Notes: generated from the sequence alone by a model not told the origin. A stretch of 64,000 bases of DNA from Bacteroidales bacterium (GCA_009777825.1 WRLA01000001.1:12852-76851), one strand, 5' to 3'. Counted from the first letter of the stretch, positions 52,591 to 62,974 are shown. Translations and numbers: made by a program.

Positions 52591-55239
52591 ATGAAAAAAT
52601 TCTTATTATGTATGCTCATCGCAGGTTTAACGATACCTGCCATAGCACAGGTTGAAGTCGGATTATGGAAATCCGCAGGTGTTTCGGAAAGTTATGACCG
52701 TCAAAGTCAAGGCTCGGTTTACCCGATGACCCAACGGCATGACGACGGTTTTATCGGATGTACGTGGACGAATGAGGATAATTATCCATTTGACGGAAGC
52801 AGCACTCCGTTGAGAGGCGTCGGCTACTCTTATTCGACGGATGGAGGATTTACCTGGAGTTGGAACGATCCGGGCAATCCGGACTACCAACAAAACAGAG
52901 TCGGCGGAATACCGGTATATTGGCCCTCGTATGCGCAATGGGGCGCTAACGGAGAAGCCATTCTTGCCCGAAGCGCTGATGATTACGAGTATAATGGCGT
53001 ACAAATTGTAAATGGTCTTGTATTGATGACGCGCCCGAATAAAGGTCAAGGCGAGTGGACAATTACTCCCGTTCCATATCCCGAAGGAAATTATACTCCC
53101 GGTGTTAATGCTGTTATGGCATGGGCGCGCATGACCACCAGCGGACCAAATCATCAATATATCCATATCATGTCGCCGATGAGAACGCCTTTGTATGATC
53201 TTATGAAACATCCGGTATATTATTACAGAACACAAAATGGGACAACATGGGACATCGAAGCCGCATTGGTAACGGAGATGATAGGTCAAGACTGGGGTCA
53301 AGATTATACATACACCGACGGAATTGATCTCGCCGTGCGTGGAAATACTGTGGCATGTTCATTTATGTCTTTGGGGGAGCATGGGTATGTGTTAAAATCA
53401 CAAAATAACGGAGATACGTGGGAGTGTATCAAATTTTTTGATTCCCCTATTCGCAACGATGTAACGCCCGCCATGTATGCCGACACCGTCTATATCCCCA
53501 AGCAAGGATGTATAGCATTGGATAACAATGGAAAAATCCATGTTGCTTTTTCAGTGATAATGTCTCTAAATACCGATTCGGGAGTCAACTATTATTTAGG
53601 AATGTTCACATCTTTCCTCTCTTATTGGAATGAAAACATGGCGCCGATTGATGGGGCTACCGATTTTGTTAAACATGAAATAGATCCGTTATTGGAAAAC
53701 TATTTCGATTGGGATCTATCGTATGATTATTACTACTATGTGAATTCCAAATTTCCTACATGGCCCATTGTCGGATATTTTACACCGCTATATGATGATC
53801 ATTATTTTAACATAGACCCTTCTATAATTACTGATTGGGTAGGAACAAGTTACGGTAGCGCCGGCGGTTTTTCATTTCCGCAAATGACAGTTGACGATGA
53901 CAACAATGTGCGGTTGATTTACTTGGGATTAGTAGATAACGGATATTACAATAGCCGTTGGCTCCGTCATCCCTTTTACACCGTCTCTTACAATGGAGGG
54001 CAGAACTGGACAAAGACGGAATATCTTGTAAATTACGTTGCGATGATTGATCAAGAATTTGCCTATTTGACATTAGCAGGCTTCGGCGAAGACCGGATGT
54101 ATATGGTGGCGCAAACGGATCCTTTTCCGGGCACTCATGAGCCATACACAAATCCCAATATTTCTGAGCATGGAGCAGTACCTAACAATTACACTTTTTT
54201 CACTGTCGGCGGAACTTTACCGCCGCCACCGCCGGCTTGCGACCCCGTAACCAATGCCGCAGCAACCATCGAAGATGACTGCACATCGGCAACCATCACC
54301 TGGACACCCGTGGACGGCGCCGTAGAGTATGAAATCCGAAGAAACAACGTTACTTTAGCCAAAGTTACCGCGCCGCCTTATACCGACAACTTCAATTTTA
54401 TCAATGGGACGACATACACATGGAGCATTAAAACCATTTGCGAAGAGAACGAATCGTGGTTTACGTCCGTCTCCGTAACCGCCGACTGTGCCGTTTGCGA
54501 CCCCGTAACCAACGCAAAAGCCCAAATCGAAAACTGCGCCAAAGCAACCCTCACATGGAACGCCGTAGCCGGCGCCAAAGAGTACGAAATCAGACGAGAC
54601 GGCAACCTATTAGATAAAGTTACGACGACCGTTTTTGTCGAAACCGCCGAGTTCGAAAACGGAAAATCCTACATTTGGACGATAAAAGCCATTTGCAACA
54701 AAGAATCTGCCGTCGAAGTCCCCGCCTCCGCAACCGCCGACTGCGAAGTGTGCGACCCCGTAACAGACGCACAAGCCCAAATCGAAAGTTGCACCACAGC
54801 AACCATCACCTGGACAGCCGTAGCCAACGCCAAAGGATATGAAGTCAGAAGAGACGGCAACCTGCTGGGAACAGTTACCACGCCCATATTTGCTGAAACC
54901 GCCGACTTTGAACACGGGAAAACCTACATCTGGCGGATAAAAACCATCTGCAACAAAACCGCATCCGGAGAAATCTCCGCCTCCGCAATTGCCGACTGCA
55001 CAGGAATTACCGAACTCGCCAATAGCGTTGTCATCTACCCCAACCCATCCAATACCTCTGTAACCATCACCGCCAAAAACTTCGCCAAAGTGGAAATTTA
55101 CAACACCATCGGACAACTGATAGCAACGACAACAGAAAATATTGTTGACGTATCACACTATAACACAGGGATTTATCTCTTCAAAGTCTATGACGCCGAC
55201 GGAAATAGCGTTACTAAACGGGTGATGGTTTCGAGGTAA
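52591..55239 (+). CDS. T9SS cargo protein: BNR/Asp-box beta-propeller-like region, 3 Fn3-like repeats and a T9SS C-terminal sorting domain
   Basis: Start at MKKFLLCMLIAGLTIPAIA|Q. Asp-boxes are YSTDGGFTW, SQNNGDTW and SYNGGQNW. Three ~85-aa repeats begin CDPVT(N/D)A.A.IE at 54238, 54496 and 54751. The CTD is VVIYPNPSNTSVTI...VEIYNTIGQLI...GIYLFKVYD. Confidence 0.8.
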   Translation: MKKFLLCMLIAGLTIPAIAQVEVGLWKSAGVSESYDRQSQGSVYPMTQRHDDGFIGCTWTNEDNYPFDGSSTPLRGVGYSYSTDGGFTWSWNDPGNPDYQQNRVGGIPVYWPSYAQWGANGEAILARSADDYEYNGVQIVNGLVLMTRPNKGQGEWTITPVPYPEGNYTPGVNAVMAWARMTTSGPNHQYIHIMSPMRTPLYDLMKHPVYYYRTQNGTTWDIEAALVTEMIGQDWGQDYTYTDGIDLAVRGNTVACSFMSLGEHGYVLKSQNNGDTWECIKFFDSPIRNDVTPAMYADTVYIPKQGCIALDNNGKIHVAFSVIMSLNTDSGVNYYLGMFTSFLSYWNENMAPIDGATDFVKHEIDPLLENYFDWDLSYDYYYYVNSKFPTWPIVGYFTPLYDDHYFNIDPSIITDWVGTSYGSAGGFSFPQMTVDDDNNVRLIYLGLVDNGYYNSRWLRHPFYTVSYNGGQNWTKTEYLVNYVAMIDQEFAYLTLAGFGEDRMYMVAQTDPFPGTHEPYTNPNISEHGAVPNNYTFFTVGGTLPPPPPACDPVTNAAATIEDDCTSATITWTPVDGAVEYEIRRNNVTLAKVTAPPYTDNFNFINGTTYTWSIKTICEENESWFTSVSVTADCAVCDPVTNAKAQIENCAKATLTWNAVAGAKEYEIRRDGNLLDKVTTTVFVETAEFENGKSYIWTIKAICNKESAVEVPASATADCEVCDPVTDAQAQIESCTTATITWTAVANAKGYEVRRDGNLLGTVTTPIFAETADFEHGKTYIWRIKTICNKTASGEISASAIADCTGITELANSVVIYPNPSNTSVTITAKNFAKVEIYNTIGQLIATTTENIVDVSHYNTGIYLFKVYDADGNSVTKRVMVSR

Positions 55240-55250
55240 GTAGGGGAGGA

Positions 55251-55294
55251 GAACACAGATGACACAGATAAGACGGATTAACACGGATTTTTTA
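55251..55294 (+). repeat. GCAGAT-run element, degenerate copy
   Basis: Sequence gaacacagatgacacagataagacggattaacacggatttttt, 12 nt after the stop at 55239. Confidence 0.55.
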
Positions 55295-55314
55295 TATTAT
55301 TGATAATCAACAAA

Positions 55315-57102
55315 ATGAACAAATTACCAAAGTTGGAAAGTTTGACGGTAGAGTTTAAAACGTCGTTTAATGAGGATGTTATTGAGACGCTTGTGGCGTT
55401 CTCCAACGCAAAAGGGGGAACGGTCTATGTTGGCGTTTCCGACAATGGGAAAGCGTTGGGAATAACCGTTGGGAAAGAGACCGTTCAACAGTGGATTAAC
55501 GAAATAAAAAATAAGACGAGCCCACAAATAATTCCTGATGCGGAGGAGTTAACCATTGATAACAAAACAATTGTGTCATTATTTATTCAAGAATATCCGA
55601 TAAAACCGGTTTCGACAAGGGGGAAATATTATAAGCGTGTCGGCAATTCCAATCATTTGCTTTCTGTAATGGAAGTGGCAAACATGCACTTGCAAACGGT
55701 AAATTCGAGTTGGGATTATTATCCGCGTCCCAATAAAACGATTGATGATATTTCGTTGGAAAAAGTGCAAAAAGTAATGAACATCATCAGGCGCAGAGAT
55801 GACAATTTTCACTTTGAGAGCGTGGAGGAATTTCTTATAAAGAACGAATTGCTTTTTGAAGACAATCGAATTTCAAATGGCTGTTTTTTAATGTTTTCCA
55901 AAGAGGAGAACTTATATACAACAGTGCAGATGGGGCATTTCGCATCCGAAATCGTCATCAAAGACGATGTGGTAAATTCGGACGATATTTTAACTCAAAT
56001 TGACGAAGTCATGCTGTTTATCCGAAAACATATAAGCAAAGAACTGATAATCACCAACACCCAAATCGAAAATATCCAACGCTGGCAGTATCCGCTCGAC
56101 GCTCTACGGGAAATAGTTCTAAATATGATCATCCACCGTGATTACATGGCGTCCTCTAATTCGATTATTAAAATTTTCCCCGACCGTATATTGTTTTTCA
56201 ATCCGGGAACTTTACCCGACTCCATCACCATCGAACAACTGAAAACCAACCAGTATATTTCTACCCCGCGAAACCGGCAAATAGCCAAAATGGCAAAAGA
56301 AATGGGCATAATAGAACGTTATGGAACCGGCGTCAGAAGAGTTAGAAATATGTTTATTGAGTACGGATTGGAAGAACCTCAATATGAAATGATATCGGGC
56401 GGCATGGCAGTTACGGTTTTTGGACTGGTATTTGAAGAGGAAAATAGTGCGTTTTCGACTGCTGAGACTGTGGAGAAAGAGGGAGAAAACAACACAATAA
56501 ACAACACAATAAACAACACAATAAACAACACAATAAAACTGCATAGAAATCAACAAATAATTATTAAAGAAATTGAAAACAACCCATATATTACCTCGGA
56601 AGAATTATCTAATATTGTTGGTATAACCGCTGATAATGTTAGAGTAAACTTGTCCAGACTTAAAGCCAAGGGTATGATTGAACGTATTGGTACAAGAAAA
56701 AAAGGTTACTGGAATGTAATAGGAAAGGGGACAAAAGAAAAGAGTTCGGAGAAAAGTTCGGATAAGAGTTCGGATAAAATTGTGGAGAAAGAGGGAGAAA
56801 ACAACACAATAAACAACACAATAAACAACACAATAAACAACACAATGAACAACACAATAAACAACACAATAAAACTGCATAGAAATCAACAAATAATTAT
56901 TAAAGAAATTGAAAACAATCCATATATTACCTCGGAAGAATTATCTAATATTGTTGGTATAACCGCTGATAATGTTAGAGTAAACTTGTCCAGACTTAAA
57001 GCCAAGGGCATGATTGAACGTATTGGTACAAGAAAAAACGGTTATTGGAATATAACAGGAAAGGGAACAGAAAGCAATAAAATCAATATAAAATATCAAT
57101 AA
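55315..57102 (+). CDS. AlbA_2 (Schlafen-like) / HATPase_c_4 / duplicated winged-helix protein (putative ATP-binding transcriptional regulator)
   Basis: The AlbA_2 part is ESLTVEFKTSFNEDVIETLVAFSNAKGGTVYVGVSDNGKALG. The HATPase_c_4-like part is REIVLNMIIHRDY...RNRQIAKMAKEMGIIERYGTGVRRV. Two copies of a wHTH module follow (IIKEIENNPYITSEELSNIVGITADNVRVNLSRLKAKGMIERIG). Confidence 0.8.
   Translation: MNKLPKLESLTVEFKTSFNEDVIETLVAFSNAKGGTVYVGVSDNGKALGITVGKETVQQWINEIKNKTSPQIIPDAEELTIDNKTIVSLFIQEYPIKPVSTRGKYYKRVGNSNHLLSVMEVANMHLQTVNSSWDYYPRPNKTIDDISLEKVQKVMNIIRRRDDNFHFESVEEFLIKNELLFEDNRISNGCFLMFSKEENLYTTVQMGHFASEIVIKDDVVNSDDILTQIDEVMLFIRKHISKELIITNTQIENIQRWQYPLDALREIVLNMIIHRDYMASSNSIIKIFPDRILFFNPGTLPDSITIEQLKTNQYISTPRNRQIAKMAKEMGIIERYGTGVRRVRNMFIEYGLEEPQYEMISGGMAVTVFGLVFEEENSAFSTAETVEKEGENNTINNTINNTINNTIKLHRNQQIIIKEIENNPYITSEELSNIVGITADNVRVNLSRLKAKGMIERIGTRKKGYWNVIGKGTKEKSSEKSSDKSSDKIVEKEGENNTINNTINNTINNTMNNTINNTIKLHRNQQIIIKEIENNPYITSEELSNIVGITADNVRVNLSRLKAKGMIERIGTRKNGYWNITGKGTESNKINIKYQ
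56470..57099 (+). repeat. tandem duplication (312 bp and ~318 bp) of the wHTH module, containing 12-bp AACAACACAATA microsatellites
   Basis: GTGGAGAAAGAGGGAGAAAAC starts at both 56470 and 56782. NNTI-coding 12-mers occur as 4 units at 56488-56535 and 6 units at 56800-56871. The wHTH parts differ at only a handful of bases. Confidence 0.9.
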
Positions 57103-57103
57103 A

Positions 57104-60100
57104 ATGAAAAAGTATTTTTTACTATCATCAGTATTAGTTGCATTAGTTTTACTTGGCTGTGGGCTGGGTAAGGTGCGTATGGTTTCTATTGATTCGGGTG
57201 ATGCTGTGGAGTTGTACCGGAATCTTAATGTCAAGTTGAGCAAGGATCTCTGTCCTGAAGAGCGGTTGAATCAGTGGGATACGTTGGCGTATCTCATCAT
57301 CGAGCCGCCGGTTTTCGGACGGTTTATGTGGACGGAGAAGAATGTGTTGACGTTCTCTCCGGCGATGGGTTTCGCGCCGGCTACCGACTACACGATACGG
57401 CTGAATCCGGCGGCTTTTGAGGCGTTGTCGGGCAGTCCGTCCGTGTCGGATGCCGTCATGAAGTTCAGCACGGAGCCGTTGGACATACAGTCCGTTCACT
57501 GTTTCTGGAACATGCACGACGGGAAGAAAGCCATACAGTTCTATGTATCATTCAATTACGACATTCAGCCGTCCGACCTGCAGGCGTTGTTGAAAGTAAC
57601 CATTGACAAGAAAAACTACGCCGTCGAGATGGAAAATGAACGTGATCAGGAGAATGCGGCGTCGTTTTACGTCTTTTATCCCGACGACAACTCGCCCTCG
57701 TCCGCTCTCATCGAAGTCGGCAAGGGGATGGCGTGTTACGGCTGCGGCTTACTCTCTCAAAAAGAGATTGTTGCGGAGGTGATGATTCCGTCGTTGGATG
57801 TCTTTTCCGTTACCTCTTACGAAGCGAGTATAGACTTGGATGCGGCTTCGTTGATGCTCCGCACTTCGCAACCGGTGGATGAAACCAACGTCAAAAAAAA
57901 TATCACCGTATCGCCGACAGTGAAAAATTTGGACATTTCGGTGGTCAGAGGCGGTATTTTGTTGAGAGGAGATTTTGACCAGGAGAAAAATTACACCGTT
58001 ACCATTTCCAAAGATTTGAAGAGCGTATTCGGCATTTTGTTGAAAGAAGATTATCAGGTCTATGCCACCTTTGCGGAGCCGGCGCCTTTTTTGGCGTTCG
58101 ACGACGACCGCTCCACCTACCTTTCCCTCAAAGGGGAGCGCAACCTCTCCCTCCGTGCTGCCAACGTTCAAACCGTAGAACTCTCCGTTTTCAGAATTTA
58201 CGAAAATAACATCCAAAATTATTTAAGAGATGGTTACGAGTGGGGTTGGTACTACGATTACGATAGCGACGACGGCGACTGGTACGACTACACCTATTAT
58301 CCCAAAAACAGACGTTACGGCGACCCAGTTTTTTCCAAACAAATAGAGATGAAACAACTTCAGTCGGGCAACGGGCAATATTTATTGAAACTCGACCCTG
58401 CCGAGATGCGTCTCGACGACCGTTATAAAGGACTGTATGTCATCACCATAGAAGATAAAGAGCGGGCATGGTTGCAGAGCAGCATCATGTTGTCCATGTC
58501 GGACATCGGCTTGGTGGTGCATGAGGGCGTGAACGGATTTATGGCGTGCGCCGTCTCCATACAGGACGGAAAACCACTTGCCGGCGTCAAGATTACGCTC
58601 ATCAGCGACAACAACCAGGAGATTTTGAGCGAAGTCACCAATGCCGACGGCGTGATTATGATTAACGACGTGAAAAAACGGTTCAACGGCTTTACCGTAG
58701 GGATGGTAACGGCTCGCAAGGATGAGGATTTCAACTATTTGAGTCTCAACCGCTCGCGGGTGAACACCTCCCGTTATGATTTGTCGGGAAAATGGACGGA
58801 AAACCTTGATTTCGACGTGCTTATGTATGGCGACCGCGATTTGTACCGCCCCGGCGATTCCGTACACGTCAACGCCATCGTGCGTAACTGGAATTTTGAA
58901 ACCGTTAAAGATATTCCGGTTTGTTTTAAAGTTCAAAACCCACTGGGAGAGACCGTTGAAAGGTATCGTAAGACGTTGCAGGAGAATGGTTTTGCCGATA
59001 TTTCGTTTGTCTTGCCCTCTTATGCGCCCACGGGTTTTTGGAATATCAGTTTTGAGAATGCTGCCGGCGTGGTGCAGAAGAACTATGTCATTCACGTTGA
59101 GGAGTTTATGCCGGACAGAATCAAAGTTACCGCCACCACGAACAAGACACAATACAACTCCCGCGAGCCGATTATCTTAGAGGTGGAAGCCGTCAACCTT
59201 TACGGACCTCCCGCCGCCGGACGAAATTACGAAACCTCGCTGACCATCAACCATAAGCAGTTTACCGCCGCGAAATTTCCGGAATACGACTTTTATATCA
59301 ACAAGTACAACTACCGCTATTTAGACGAAGACCGTTCGGGAACGACCGACGACAAAGGCTGTTTCACAGAGCGTTTTAAGCCCGATTTTCTGGCGCTTTC
59401 GGGAGCGTACAGCGGAAGTCTCTATACGACGGTTTTTGACGAAAACGGACGTCCGGTGAACCGGATGAACCGATTCGACGTCTTCACGCAAGAGACTTTC
59501 CTCGGCGTCAAACGGCACGATTACTGGTTTGGAACCTCAGCGCCCATCAACTTCGGATTGATTGCCGTGAACACCTCCGGCGAGTTGTCGAAGGCGGATA
59601 ATGTGCGCGTGGTGATTGAGCGCTCTTACTACGAGAATGTTCAGGTGCGCGTCGGAAACAGCAACAAGTTTGAGTACCGCTCGCAACAAAAAACGGAGAC
59701 AGTTTACGATAAAAAGATGACCGTCAACGGAAATGAAACCGCCATAGCGTTTACGCCCAAGATTTCGGGGTCATATACACTGAAAATGTATTTGAGCGGC
59801 AGCGAGTATTACATGTCGTCGTCGTTTTATGCTTACGGCTACGACGCCACTTCAAGCAACTCGTTTGCCGTTGATAAAGAAGGAAGTATCACCATCGAAC
59901 TTGACAAAAAAGAGTATGAACCCGGCGACAAAGCCAAAATACTCTTCACGGCGCCGTTTTCGGGAAAAATGTTAGTTACCGTAGAGTGTGATAAAGTTAA
60001 AGATTACCAATGGGTTACACTCGAAAACAAATCGGCGTCCCTGAGCCTGAACATCAAAAACGAATACATGCCCAACTGTTACATCACGGCGACGGCGTTC

Positions 60101-62515
60101 CGCAACTTTTCGGAAAATAACAACATCCCGCTGACCGTCGCCAGAGGCTACGACAACATCACGATTCGCAAAAGCGCTAACATGGCGTCGCCGTCCATCG
60201 AGGCGGTCGAAAAAAGCCGTTCCGGCACAAAACAGACCATCAAGGTGAAAGGTATGCCCGGCAGCCACCTTAGCATCGCCGTCGTGGATGAAGGAATCTT
60301 ACAAATTACCGACTTCAAAACGCCCGACCCCTATTCCTACTTCTACGGACGACGCGCATTGGAAGTGGAATCCTACGACCTCTACCCCTTCCTTTTCAAA
60401 GAGATTTTCGGGAAATCGTCCTCCGGCGGAGACGGCGGATTGGATATGAGCCAAATGGTGAACCCGATGACCAACAAACGGGTGAAATTAGTGTCGTTCT
60501 GGAGCGGCGTGTTGAAAACCGACGGCTCCGGCAGAGCGCAGACAGAGATTGACATTCCGCAGTTTAGCGGGAGTTTGCGTATCATGGTCGTCAACTGGAA
60601 AGATAACCGTTTCGGCTCGGCAAGTAAAAATATGATCGTCGCCGACCCCATCGTCGTCAGCAGCGGGATTCCCCGTTTCTTTTCACCCAACGACGAACCC
60701 AAAATCCCTGTCGTCCTGCGGAATACGACCGAAAAAGACGCGCAGGTGAAAGTCTCGATGAACGTTTCACCGCTGCTCACCATCGTGGGAGACAAAAACA
60801 GAACCGTCAACATCAAAGCCGGAAAAGAAGAGACCTGTTTTTACGACGTTGTCGCACAAAACGACGTCGGAGAAGCCTTTATCGAAGTAAAAGCGCAAGC
60901 CTTCTCGGAGACATTTACCGAAAAAACGGACATCAGCATCCGTCCTCCGACCGGCTTTACCTCGAAATATTACGGTGGAGCCATCAAGGCGGGCACTCCG
61001 TTTTCTATGTCGGTGGGCGAAGAGTTTATCTCGTCAACGGCGGTAACGAATATGATGTTCAGCAGCAACCTCGCCGCACAGTACGCCGGCGAACTGAGCG
61101 AAGTGATGTACTATCCCTACGGATGTCTGGAACAAACCACCTCACGCGCCTTCCCGCTACTCTACCTCGACGACTTGGCAACAACGCTCGAAAAAGCAAA
61201 GTCGGGCGGACAAACCACTCGCTATGTCATCAACGAATCTATCAAGCGTATCATGTCCATGCGCACTTCCAACGGCGGACTTGGCTATTGGCCCGGCTCG
61301 TCGGACATCAACATGTGGTCGGAATGTTACGCCGCACACTTCCTGACGGAAGCCTCCAAAGCGGGTTATACCGTGGACGCCGAATTTATGCGCCGACTGC
61401 TCCTGCACATCACTGCCTATGCCAAAACACAGCAATGGGACGAATATCACCTCTGGAACGAATCCACGCAAAGTTATAAACCCCAAAAACGCATCGCCAA
61501 ACCGGTCATCTACGCCTTATACGTCCTGGCGCTGAACGGAAAACAGGAAATCTCGCAGATGAACTTCTACAAAAACAGCGTCCAAGAACTGACACCCGAC
61601 ATGCGCTGTATGTTGGCAAGCGCCTACGCCGTCCTCGGAAACATGCCGGCGTGCAACGAACTGCTGAACTTCAAAGAAGATAACCCGAAGACGCAGGCGA
61701 TGAGCGGAGGCGACTTCTCGTCCTACATCCGAAACAACGCCCTGATGCTGTCGTGCCTGTCGGACGCCGACCCCAACGACCCGCGCATTCCCGCCTTAGC
61801 ATTGCAACTGAACAAAAACGTGAAAGACGCACGCTACCTCTCTACGCAGGAAAAAGCCTTTACACTGCTGGCTTTCGGGAAATTAGCCCGCAAAGCAGGG
61901 AAAAACAGCGTTACCGCCACCATTGCCCTCGGAGGGAAAAATATCGGGACTTTCGACGGTAAAAATTTCACGTGGAAAGGCAACAAAGGCGAAACAGGAA
62001 CATTGAACGTAACCTCCCAAGGAACAGGCGAACTCTACTACTTCGTCGAAACAAGCGGCATCCCCACCAACCCGGTACCGGAAACCGACAACCAACTGAA
62101 AGTGCGTAAACGCTTCCTCAACAAAAACGGACAGGAAGTGGACCTCAACAACGTCAAACAGGGAGATCTGATCTTCGTGGAAGTTGCCGTCCAGACAACC
62201 AATACCTTACAAGTCCAGAATGTGGCAATCCAAGACGTCCTCCCGGCGTGTTTCGAGATTGAAAACTCGAGACTGTCGGGCGACGACCGGACATACCCCT
62301 TCATGAAATCATCCAAAGTCTATCCCGACTACTTAGACATCCGCGACGACCGCATCACCGCCTTCACCACCGTAACGCCCACCATCAAATACTTCTACTA
62401 CAGCGTCCGAGCCGTCTCCACCGGAACCTACATCATGGGCGCCATCAACGCCACAGCGATGTACGACGGGAATTATAATAGTACGTTTGGGAATGGGCGG
62501 GTGACGGTGAGGTAA
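57104..62515 (+). CDS. alpha-2-macroglobulin family lipoprotein with CLEQ thioester motif
   Basis: 1,803 aa. Lipobox VLLGCG. The thioester motif YPYGCLEQT is at nt 61121-61135 (GCLEQ). The long array of MG-like domains matches the size of bacterial A2M (YfhM-like) proteins. Confidence 0.85.
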   Translation: MKKYFLLSSVLVALVLLGCGLGKVRMVSIDSGDAVELYRNLNVKLSKDLCPEERLNQWDTLAYLIIEPPVFGRFMWTEKNVLTFSPAMGFAPATDYTIRLNPAAFEALSGSPSVSDAVMKFSTEPLDIQSVHCFWNMHDGKKAIQFYVSFNYDIQPSDLQALLKVTIDKKNYAVEMENERDQENAASFYVFYPDDNSPSSALIEVGKGMACYGCGLLSQKEIVAEVMIPSLDVFSVTSYEASIDLDAASLMLRTSQPVDETNVKKNITVSPTVKNLDISVVRGGILLRGDFDQEKNYTVTISKDLKSVFGILLKEDYQVYATFAEPAPFLAFDDDRSTYLSLKGERNLSLRAANVQTVELSVFRIYENNIQNYLRDGYEWGWYYDYDSDDGDWYDYTYYPKNRRYGDPVFSKQIEMKQLQSGNGQYLLKLDPAEMRLDDRYKGLYVITIEDKERAWLQSSIMLSMSDIGLVVHEGVNGFMACAVSIQDGKPLAGVKITLISDNNQEILSEVTNADGVIMINDVKKRFNGFTVGMVTARKDEDFNYLSLNRSRVNTSRYDLSGKWTENLDFDVLMYGDRDLYRPGDSVHVNAIVRNWNFETVKDIPVCFKVQNPLGETVERYRKTLQENGFADISFVLPSYAPTGFWNISFENAAGVVQKNYVIHVEEFMPDRIKVTATTNKTQYNSREPIILEVEAVNLYGPPAAGRNYETSLTINHKQFTAAKFPEYDFYINKYNYRYLDEDRSGTTDDKGCFTERFKPDFLALSGAYSGSLYTTVFDENGRPVNRMNRFDVFTQETFLGVKRHDYWFGTSAPINFGLIAVNTSGELSKADNVRVVIERSYYENVQVRVGNSNKFEYRSQQKTETVYDKKMTVNGNETAIAFTPKISGSYTLKMYLSGSEYYMSSSFYAYGYDATSSNSFAVDKEGSITIELDKKEYEPGDKAKILFTAPFSGKMLVTVECDKVKDYQWVTLENKSASLSLNIKNEYMPNCYITATAFRNFSENNNIPLTVARGYDNITIRKSANMASPSIEAVEKSRSGTKQTIKVKGMPGSHLSIAVVDEGILQITDFKTPDPYSYFYGRRALEVESYDLYPFLFKEIFGKSSSGGDGGLDMSQMVNPMTNKRVKLVSFWSGVLKTDGSGRAQTEIDIPQFSGSLRIMVVNWKDNRFGSASKNMIVADPIVVSSGIPRFFSPNDEPKIPVVLRNTTEKDAQVKVSMNVSPLLTIVGDKNRTVNIKAGKEETCFYDVVAQNDVGEAFIEVKAQAFSETFTEKTDISIRPPTGFTSKYYGGAIKAGTPFSMSVGEEFISSTAVTNMMFSSNLAAQYAGELSEVMYYPYGCLEQTTSRAFPLLYLDDLATTLEKAKSGGQTTRYVINESIKRIMSMRTSNGGLGYWPGSSDINMWSECYAAHFLTEASKAGYTVDAEFMRRLLLHITAYAKTQQWDEYHLWNESTQSYKPQKRIAKPVIYALYVLALNGKQEISQMNFYKNSVQELTPDMRCMLASAYAVLGNMPACNELLNFKEDNPKTQAMSGGDFSSYIRNNALMLSCLSDADPNDPRIPALALQLNKNVKDARYLSTQEKAFTLLAFGKLARKAGKNSVTATIALGGKNIGTFDGKNFTWKGNKGETGTLNVTSQGTGELYYFVETSGIPTNPVPETDNQLKVRKRFLNKNGQEVDLNNVKQGDLIFVEVAVQTTNTLQVQNVAIQDVLPACFEIENSRLSGDDRTYPFMKSSKVYPDYLDIRDDRITAFTTVTPTIKYFYYSVRAVSTGTYIMGAINATAMYDGNYNSTFGNGRVTVR

Positions 62516-62525
62516 AAAAAATGTT

Positions 62526-62570
62526 TTAGCACGCAGATGACGCAGATTTAATAGATTAACGTGGATTTTA
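62526..62570 (+). repeat. GCAGAT-run element, copy 2
   Basis: Sequence ttagcacgcagatgacgcagatttaatagattaacgtggatttta, 11 nt after the A2M stop. The first 25 nt are identical to 2806-2830. Confidence 0.7.
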
Positions 62571-62640
62571 TTTATCGTAATAATGTCCTCTTAAAGAAAT
62601 AATGTGTAATTCGTCGTTTATCACTTTATACACTATAAGA

Positions 62641-62847
62641 CTATGTCCATAAATCTTCTCGCTTCATTTTCACTCCTTTGCTTTTATCCGACCGCAGAAT
62701 TTTTGCAACAAATTCAGGATTATATGGGCGTTCATTTTCTTGAATAACATCCACATAATTACATTTTTCGCTCAATGACTTTAAATACTCTATCAGTATC
62801 TTACCCGGCGCTATTCTTTCATTTATCCTTAAAGCATAATTTGACAT
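62641..62847 (-). CDS. small hypothetical protein (DUF2683-like by recollection)
   Basis: 68 aa from MSNYALRINE. The PYNPEFVAKILRS....G......DLW pattern resembles small Bacteroidota proteins I recall as DUF2683 (not verified). A -7 box lies at 62872-62879. Confidence 0.5.
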   Translation of the reverse strand: MSNYALRINERIAPGKILIEYLKSLSEKCNYVDVIQENERPYNPEFVAKILRSDKSKGVKMKREDLWT

Positions 62848-62871
62848 AATTATCTCTTTTTTATCACGGTG

Positions 62872-62879
62872 CAAAGGTA
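62872..62879 (-). promoter_or_regulatory. -7 promoter box (TACCTTTG on minus strand)
   Basis: Lies 25 nt upstream of the ATG at 62847. This supports the short start. Confidence 0.5.
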
Positions 62880-62907
62880 CAAAAATTTTCAAATATACGA
62901 ATCCTTT

Positions 62908-62974
62908 ATCATCCCCATCATTCAAATCACCCTAAAATTTATACTGAGCCATGTCGAAGTATCACAGTTCAGAC
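62908..62974. repeat. P-module repeat (atcatccccatca.t.aaatcaccctaaaat...cacag.tcagac)
   Basis: Copies at 63631-63672 and 63805-63846. A degenerate copy lies at 25650-25685. This copy carries a 23-nt insert. Confidence 0.7.

Noticed and set aside
56212-56892. Minus-strand ORFs with CVVYCVVY repeats, and the idea that the 12-bp repeats form a CRISPR array.
   Set aside because: They are antisense to the NNTI-coding microsatellite. The repeats are contiguous 12-mers with no spacers, and they lie inside a well-supported CDS.
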